Source: an uncultured Gammaproteobacteria bacterium
GTDB lineage: Bacteria > Patescibacteriota > Patescibacteriia > Magasanikbacterales > JBBTQS01
DNA length: 64,000 nucleotides
Reading direction: 5' to 3'
Assembly (NCBI GenBank): GCA_965230935.1
Contig: OZ246400.1
Span: 4,090-68,089 of the forward strand
The notes beneath the pieces were generated by a model. The model saw nothing but the letters and a program-made list of their open reading frames with translations, was not told the origin of the DNA and made no database searches. Shown one piece after another: positions 58,325 to 64,000 of this stretch; position 1 is the stretch's first letter, and each line of letters starts with the position of its first letter. A program made the translations under genes and the position numbers.

Positions 58325-61258
58325 ATGAGCACGCTTCGTTTTCATACTATTGGATTGCTTGTCATCCTCAGTATTGCAGTAGGATTTTTTTTGGTATCTG
58401 AAAGTGCGCACGCTGCGATAAAAACGTGGGACGGCGGCGGTGGAGGTGATACCAATATGAGCACAGCCGCCAACTGGGATGCTGACACATTGCCAACAGC
58501 AGGGGACACTCTCACTTTTGACGGCACTTCAGGGAATAACGCGACGTGGGATAGTGGTTTTGTTTCTGCTACTAATTGGCAGGTCAATATGGCAACCGGG
58601 TACACCGGTACGATCACATTGACCAGTAGTACCTTAACCATCGCATCGACCACTGTTGTTGCCGGAACATTTAGCGTTGGGAGTAATACCCTTGATGTTA
58701 CTGGAGAAACCACAATTAACGGGGGAGTGGTGACCTCTACTACTGATGGCGGAACAATGGATTTTGATGGCGATGTTAATTTACTCAGTGGAACGTTTCA
58801 TCCGGCACAAACCGTGACCGCTGCAGCAAACTGGGTTGTCAGTGGTGGGACGCTGGTGAACTATACTGCTCATGATTGGACATTGACATTTGATAGCACA
58901 TCAACCAACCAGAGTGTTACTGCCGGAGGGGCATCTGTTTCATATTACAATGTAAAGATAAACAATACAGAGGGGGCCTCGTCAGATGTAGTCACCATTA
59001 GTGATGCGTTTACCGCAGTAGGGTATGTGACTGTTCAAGATGGTAAGCTTTCCACCGGCGGTGCTATTGATTTAACCGGCGATCTTACGATTTCACAAAA
59101 TGCACAGGCAGAGTGGGAACATACCAGTGGGACTACTAATTTTGAGGGAAGTATTTTTGAAAGCAGGAGCGGTGCAATTACCATTTCTACGCCAAATCCA
59201 ATGACCCTTGATGGATCGTCTACTCAATTTGTATCATCCACTGCTAGTTTTCCAGGGTTTGTGATCAATAAAACCGGCACTGCGCAATTTGGAAGTGCGG
59301 TTGGGGACATGACCACGTCGACATTTGGGAACTATTTTAATCTCACCAGTGGGAATGCTGACTTTGCCACTAACAATATTGGTGTAGATATTGGGAGCTT
59401 CATATCGATAGGAGCATCAGCCGGGACATTAAGTTGGGGAACACGAGCTTTTTACGTTGAAACTGACACGACAATCAACGGTGGAACCATTACTCCGGGA
59501 ACCGGACAGTTTATTTTAGATAAGGAGACAAGCGCTACGCAGACAATTACATTAAATGCCGCTGCAAGTCTTGGTTCAATGCGCGCCTATCTTTTCCCAT
59601 TTGCCCGAACCATTGATATTAACGGTTCATACGGGTTAACGCTTACTGATCTTGCAATCGACACTGGGATGACAGTGGATATTGACGGTGCAAGTACTAC
59701 GATTAGTAGTTCTATTAGCAACGACGGAACCTTAACTGAAGGAACCGGGTATGTGCTTAAAGCCAATGATTCGACAATTATCACTGATTCTGGTGGAACA
59801 GAACAGAATTCAATTGCCTATGTTGATGGCACTTTACTGTACTTTAGTGTTACTGATGAAGACGAAAATACTGATGGTGCCACTGCTGATACCATGAGTG
59901 TGACCGTGAGTACTCCGGATGGTGATTCAGAAAGCGTTACATTGACTGAGACTGGTACAGCAACAGAGGTATTTACCGGTTCGATCCAAATTGCCAATAC
60001 CGGAACGATAAGCCCAAGTAATAGTAAGTTGGAGCTCAATGGTGAAGTAACAGTCACACTATCCTATACTGATGCACAAGATGCAACAGATACTGGTACT
60101 GACACCGCAGTTTTGTCTGGTCCTTCGGTTGCAGGCAGGACAATTATCAAACCAAAATACGCGCAGATTTTGATTAATAATGATGCGTTTACCACTACTG
60201 AGCGCGAAGTAGTGCTTTCACTTGATGCCGATGATGTGGTCGAGATGTTGGTAAGTGAGGATTCGACGTTTTCAGGATTAACCTGGCAAGCATTTACTGA
60301 TCGGATACCCTTTACCTTGTCAGATGGATTTGGAACCAAAACCTTGTACGCGCGCTTTGCGAATACCAGTGGTAATTTGTCTGAGGTTGTTTCTGCTTCA
60401 ATCGAGTACATTGATACTGATGCCCCTACCCAGCCCGATGGAACAGTAAGTTCACCAGAAGGTGATGTCGTGCCAGATGCAGGTGAAGAGATGGTACTCG
60501 ACACTGATAATGATGGATTAGCTGATGAGGCAGAGGTCGCCATGTGGAAAACTGATCCTACAAACCCAGATACTGATGGAGACGGATATAACGATGGTCT
60601 TGAAGTACGCTCCGGATATAGTCCTACTGGTCCTGGAAAACTTGCTGATGTGCTTGATACTCCAGGGTCAGTGGTCAAAAATGTGAGCACGTTTGCGGTA
60701 TACTATATTGGTCGAGATGGGAAACGACATGCTTTTCCTAATGAGCAGATTTATCGAACCTGGTTTGATTCTTTTGTTGGTGTGCACACGGTTCGTGATC
60801 GTGATTTGGCCAAAGTCCCTCTTGGTAAGAACATGAAGGTTCGTCCAAGTACAAGACTCATTAAAATTACCACTGATCCCAAAGTATATGCCGTTGGTAC
60901 TGGTGGCACTATTCATTGGGTGGTGGATGAGTTTTTGGCAACAGATCTGTATGGAACAGACTGGGCAAAGCAGGTGATTGATGTTTCTGATGCGTTGTTC
61001 CCAGACTATATGCGTGGAGCAGATATTGGGACGTATTGGTATCCCAATGGAACCATTGTGCGCCAAGCAGGCGAAATCTTCTTTGTAGAAAATATGATTT
61101 GGAGGCGGTTCCGTGATACGCACGCGATAGAGCATAATGTTGTTAATGCGCCACTTATCAAACAAGCGCCCGGAGGCACAACCGGTGTGGGCGGGCTAGT
61201 TATTGATGAACGTGAGGATCATATTGTATTTCCAACAGGATTTTCTGCACAAAATTAA
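58325..61258 (+). CDS. large secreted surface protein (beta-helix-like repeats, Asp-rich calcium-binding-like motif, C-terminal domain shared with 28331-30937)
   Basis: Signal peptide, Thr/Gly/Ser-rich repetitive region, DTDNDGLADEAEVAMWKTDPTNPDTDGDGYNDGLE (thrombospondin-type-3-like Asp repeats), and a conserved C-terminus (AVYYIGRDGKRHAFPNEQIYRTWF...). Confidence 0.7.
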   Translation: MSTLRFHTIGLLVILSIAVGFFLVSESAHAAIKTWDGGGGGDTNMSTAANWDADTLPTAGDTLTFDGTSGNNATWDSGFVSATNWQVNMATGYTGTITLTSSTLTIASTTVVAGTFSVGSNTLDVTGETTINGGVVTSTTDGGTMDFDGDVNLLSGTFHPAQTVTAAANWVVSGGTLVNYTAHDWTLTFDSTSTNQSVTAGGASVSYYNVKINNTEGASSDVVTISDAFTAVGYVTVQDGKLSTGGAIDLTGDLTISQNAQAEWEHTSGTTNFEGSIFESRSGAITISTPNPMTLDGSSTQFVSSTASFPGFVINKTGTAQFGSAVGDMTTSTFGNYFNLTSGNADFATNNIGVDIGSFISIGASAGTLSWGTRAFYVETDTTINGGTITPGTGQFILDKETSATQTITLNAAASLGSMRAYLFPFARTIDINGSYGLTLTDLAIDTGMTVDIDGASTTISSSISNDGTLTEGTGYVLKANDSTIITDSGGTEQNSIAYVDGTLLYFSVTDEDENTDGATADTMSVTVSTPDGDSESVTLTETGTATEVFTGSIQIANTGTISPSNSKLELNGEVTVTLSYTDAQDATDTGTDTAVLSGPSVAGRTIIKPKYAQILINNDAFTTTEREVVLSLDADDVVEMLVSEDSTFSGLTWQAFTDRIPFTLSDGFGTKTLYARFANTSGNLSEVVSASIEYIDTDAPTQPDGTVSSPEGDVVPDAGEEMVLDTDNDGLADEAEVAMWKTDPTNPDTDGDGYNDGLEVRSGYSPTGPGKLADVLDTPGSVVKNVSTFAVYYIGRDGKRHAFPNEQIYRTWFDSFVGVHTVRDRDLAKVPLGKNMKVRPSTRLIKITTDPKVYAVGTGGTIHWVVDEFLATDLYGTDWAKQVIDVSDALFPDYMRGADIGTYWYPNGTIVRQAGEIFFVENMIWRRFRDTHAIEHNVVNAPLIKQAPGGTTGVGGLVIDEREDHIVFPTGFSAQN

Positions 61259-61286
61259 AAAATCAAATTTAGCAAAACCAAAATAA

Positions 61287-61721
61287 ATGAGTATGCATTA
61301 TAAAACCTTATTTGCCCTTGTGGCCACACTCGTACTCTTAGGAGTAGGATGTGGATCAGATGAGTTGCCACCTCGCGAGCGGGAGCTCACGATAGCTGAC
61401 GGGTACACCATGCAGCATTTGGAAAATTATCAGCTCGTTGTTGGAGATGATAAACATACTATTAGTGATGGAGAGTGTCTGGTGTACTTGGATGGAGAAA
61501 ATCCATTGTCAGTTGCATCATGGATTCCAGAACCGAATACCAAAAAACTTGGTGAATTGAGTTACAACTTTACCACGTTCCGCGAGAATGGAAACACCGT
61601 GCGAGTTGATGCAAAGGCGCTGAGCGCGCCAATTACGTTTTCACTGGATAATCCGACCGGGTTTCAACGATGTATTGATGAATTTGAAACCATGTTAGGC
61701 ACCGTAGTGCACACACCATAA
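61287..61721 (+). CDS. hypothetical lipoprotein
   Basis: Lipoprotein signal LFALVATLVLLGVGC. No family recognised. Confidence 0.55.
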   Translation: MSMHYKTLFALVATLVLLGVGCGSDELPPRERELTIADGYTMQHLENYQLVVGDDKHTISDGECLVYLDGENPLSVASWIPEPNTKKLGELSYNFTTFRENGNTVRVDAKALSAPITFSLDNPTGFQRCIDEFETMLGTVVHTP

Positions 61722-61740
61722 TTATTCTTAGTTTCATTAT

Positions 61741-62133
61741 ATGGAAACATCATTATTCTTAGCGCAACTGATTGGGTTGACGCTTATCATAGCCGGCTTG
61801 GCCGTACTTGTGCGGCAAAAGCCGTTGACCAAAGCCATGTCTGCCGCGGTCAAAGATACCATGTTTTTGTTCTACAGTGGTATCGAAGGGGTGGTTGTTG
61901 GTTTGGCTCTTATCTTGAACCACAATATTTGGCAAGGAGAGTCATATCAAATTGTACTCACTGTGTTAAGTTGGTATGTGTTGCTTAAGGGAATTGTATT
62001 GTTGTTTGCACCACAAAAGTTTTTTTCAAAATTAATGAAAAAGTTTCGGAGTGGACCATGGGTAACGATTGATGCATTGGTTATCATCGCTCTTGGTGCA
62101 TATCTCGCTTCTTGGGGGTTTGGACTGATTTAA
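61741..62133 (+). CDS. hypothetical membrane protein (four TM helices)
   Basis: 130 aa, strongly hydrophobic. Confidence 0.5.
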   Translation: METSLFLAQLIGLTLIIAGLAVLVRQKPLTKAMSAAVKDTMFLFYSGIEGVVVGLALILNHNIWQGESYQIVLTVLSWYVLLKGIVLLFAPQKFFSKLMKKFRSGPWVTIDALVIIALGAYLASWGFGLI

Positions 62134-62154
62134 AAGACAGCGAGTTATTACCTA

Positions 62155-62184
62155 AAACAAGCCTGATTCCAGGCTTGTTTTAGT
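62155..62184 (+). terminator. rho-independent terminator
   Basis: ACAAGCCTG / CAGGCTTGT stem followed by TTTT. Confidence 0.75.
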
Positions 62185-62228
62185 TTTCCACAGGGGAGGG
62201 TTTGCATCCACAGTAAAAGTGGCTTAAA

Positions 62229-62265
62229 ATGGGGAATGAGGATGACAAGTGGGGATAAGTGGGGA
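62229..62265 (+). promoter_or_regulatory. direct repeats (A/G)TGGGGA in the mraZ upstream region (candidate MraZ operator)
   Basis: ATGGGGA at 62229, GTGGGGA at 62249 and GTGGGGA at 62259, on a 10-bp lattice, with a degenerate ATGAGGA between them. Confidence 0.5.
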
Positions 62266-62308
62266 AGGGAGCCACTTATCTCTACCTTACTATTGCTCAA
62301 CAACCACC

Positions 62309-62740
62309 ATGTTTATTGGAGAGTTTACTCATTCGATCGATGATAAAGGCCGGCTTGCAATCCCGGGTAAATTTCGTGCTGCCTGCAAAGGTGGTGTGGT
62401 GGTTACCCGAGGACTTGATCAATGTCTATTTCTGTACACCAAAAAAGAATGGGTTGCGCTTGCAAAAAAGCTTGCCGCACTACCCATTAGCCAAGCAAAC
62501 ACCCGTGCATTCGCCCGACTCATGCTTGCGGGCGCAATGGATCTCAATCTTGATTCCCAAGGACGCGTTCTGATTCCAGAATATCTGCGTCGGTATGCCG
62601 GATTCAAAAAAGAGACAGTAGTTGCTGGACTGTACAACCGTCTTGAGTTGTGGGACACCACACGATGGAATCGATACAAGACGGCAACAGAAAAAGACTC
62701 CGGTGCAATTGCGGAGCAATTAGGCGAACTTGGTGTCTAA
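62309..62740 (+). CDS. mraZ: transcriptional regulator MraZ
   Basis: MFIGEFTHSIDDKGRLAIP N-terminus and the second DxxxR module (NLDSQGRVLIP). 143 aa. Open from 62249. Confidence 0.85.
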   Translation: MFIGEFTHSIDDKGRLAIPGKFRAACKGGVVVTRGLDQCLFLYTKKEWVALAKKLAALPISQANTRAFARLMLAGAMDLNLDSQGRVLIPEYLRRYAGFKKETVVAGLYNRLELWDTTRWNRYKTATEKDSGAIAEQLGELGV

Positions 62741-62741
62741 T

Positions 62742-63626
62742 ATGCGCCACATTCCAGTACTTCACGATGAGACAATCGCGTCTCTGAATTTGTCAGCCGG
62801 TGCAATAGTGATTGATGGCACACTTGGCGATGCCGGGCATAGTGAGTTGATTGCCAAGAAGATTGGTAAGCGCGGTACGCTTCTTGGACTTGATCTCGAT
62901 CCTGAGTCCTTGTTGCGAGCAAAAAAGTTTTTAGACGCGTATCAGAATACCGTAACGTTGGTGCGTGATTCGTTTCGCAATATCATTGCGGTTGCCGCGA
63001 CGCATCAGATTGAAGCTGTTGATGCCGTACTCCTTGATCTTGGATGGAGTTCTCCGCAGTTTGCGCAACGAGGAAGAGGGTTTTCTTTTCAACAGGATGA
63101 ACCACTCAACATGCGCTATGACGGCAAACAAGATGATGGGGTGGTGACGGCAAAATACCTTCTCGCCACCAATAGTGCCACTGAGCTTGCCTTGATCTTC
63201 TCACGCTATGGAGAAGAAAAGCATGCACAAAAGATCGCCAGAGCCATTGTGCAGGCACGACGCAAGACACCAATCAACACTACGACGCAATTGGTGCAAA
63301 TTATTGAAATGGTGTATGGGAAGACGCGCGGAAAAATTCATCCGGCAACCAAAGTGTTTCAAGCCTTGCGTATTGCGGTGAACGATGAATTTGAAGCGCT
63401 GAAAGATGGATTGGTTGGTGCGGCGCAACTGTTGCGTGATGGCGGAAGACTGGCAGTAATCACGTTTCATTCCGGAGAGGATCGTATTGTCAAGCGGTTT
63501 ATGCAACTGCATCCGCAACTTGAGATTGTTACCAAAAAACCAATTACTGCATCGGCAGCTGAGCGGGCACAAAATCCGCGTGCACGAAGTGCCAAACTTC
63601 GTGTGGCTCAAAAAACAAGTACATGA
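62742..63626 (+). CDS. rsmH: 16S rRNA (cytosine1402-N4)-methyltransferase RsmH
   Basis: HIPVLHDE N-terminus and the SAM-binding DGTLGDAGHS motif. Directly after mraZ. Confidence 0.9.
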   Translation: MRHIPVLHDETIASLNLSAGAIVIDGTLGDAGHSELIAKKIGKRGTLLGLDLDPESLLRAKKFLDAYQNTVTLVRDSFRNIIAVAATHQIEAVDAVLLDLGWSSPQFAQRGRGFSFQQDEPLNMRYDGKQDDGVVTAKYLLATNSATELALIFSRYGEEKHAQKIARAIVQARRKTPINTTTQLVQIIEMVYGKTRGKIHPATKVFQALRIAVNDEFEALKDGLVGAAQLLRDGGRLAVITFHSGEDRIVKRFMQLHPQLEIVTKKPITASAAERAQNPRARSAKLRVAQKTST

Positions 63627-64000
63627 AATTTCTCGTAAGTTACAATCGACTCAAACGTTCAGCAACAAAAGCTTCGCGACCAGCATCTCGTCGTCGAAGA
63701 AGCTTTTCTCTAATTGCCTGGTATCACCAAATACGTACGTCCACCACAGTGCGCATATCTTTGGTTGTGGCGATCGTATTGTTTGGCGTGGGGTATAGTG
63801 TTGCCACGAGTAATGTATCGACTAAAGGCTATGAGATGAAGGTAGTTGAACGACAGATTGCTGAGCTGAAAGAACACAATCAACAGCTCAAACTCTCCAT
63901 TGCCCAATATCGATCACTCGATCGCATTGAAAAGCGTATTACGGCACTTGGCATGGTTCCGGTGGATACTATCCAATATATCTCCACACAAGGATCAAAC
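63623..64000 (+). CDS. ftsL: cell division protein FtsL-like (partial, runs off the window end)
   Basis: ATGA overlap with the rsmH stop. Basic N-terminus, one TM helix (ISLVVAIVLFGVGYSV), then a coiled coil (VVERQIAELKEHNQQLKLSIAQY). No stop codon before base 64000. Confidence 0.5.
   Translation, partial: MKFLVSYNRLKRSATKASRPASRRRRSFSLIAWYHQIRTSTTVRISLVVAIVLFGVGYSVATSNVSTKGYEMKVVERQIAELKEHNQQLKLSIAQYRSLDRIEKRITALGMVPVDTIQYISTQGSN

Noticed and set aside
1-64000. CRISPR arrays, rRNA genes, IS elements or transposase genes
   Set aside because: No regularly spaced short direct repeats, no rRNA-like conserved blocks and no DDE or serine-recombinase transposase motifs were seen in any frame.

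Overview
This window looks like a low-GC (about 40% by eye) bacterial chromosome segment with Patescibacteria/CPR-like gene content: a single-AAA ClpB-D1-only ATPase, a UvrC without the C-terminal helix-hairpin-helix domain, giant paralogous surface proteins and compact co-oriented operons. Housekeeping genes dominate: a DEAD-box helicase, greA, tRNA-Tyr, tRNA-Thr, rpmG, two ABC transporter cassettes, msrA, a cyclophilin, transaldolase, PGI/PMI, an ArsR-linked thiol-disulfide cluster (TlpA/CcdA/DsbA), MscS, NDH-2-like, uppP, yidC, the CIRCE-controlled hrcA-grpE-hsp20-dnaK-dnaJ operon, NUDIX, rnhA, recJ, lepA, murJ, an RNase J-like beta-CASP nuclease, uvrB-uvrA-uvrC and mraZ-rsmH-ftsL. The main unexplained signal is four sharply bounded GC-rich inserts (about 60-65% GC by eye) in intergenic positions at ~2830-5710, 6013-8046, 36740-37250 and 42150-42510. 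Each carries ORFs with strong Shine-Dalgarno sites (GGAGGA/AAGGAG, often GTG starts) that resemble no housekeeping family. One insert sits in tRNA-Thr and is bounded by a 44-bp direct repeat of the tRNA 3' half with a compensatory T-stem change, the classic footprint of a site-specific integrative element. Its only cargo is a 580-aa protein whose N-terminus resembles a tyrosine-recombinase core-binding domain; I could not recognise a canonical catalytic domain. Other notable items are an orphan cGAS/DncV-like (CD-NTase/SMODS-type) nucleotidyltransferase with no adjacent effector, a membrane-tethered ClpB-D1-only ATPase paired with a surface protein, a free-standing HNH endonuclease beside rpmG, and a leader region with four ~44-nt-periodic GCTCGG repeats. 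No rRNA, CRISPR array or classical transposase was seen.
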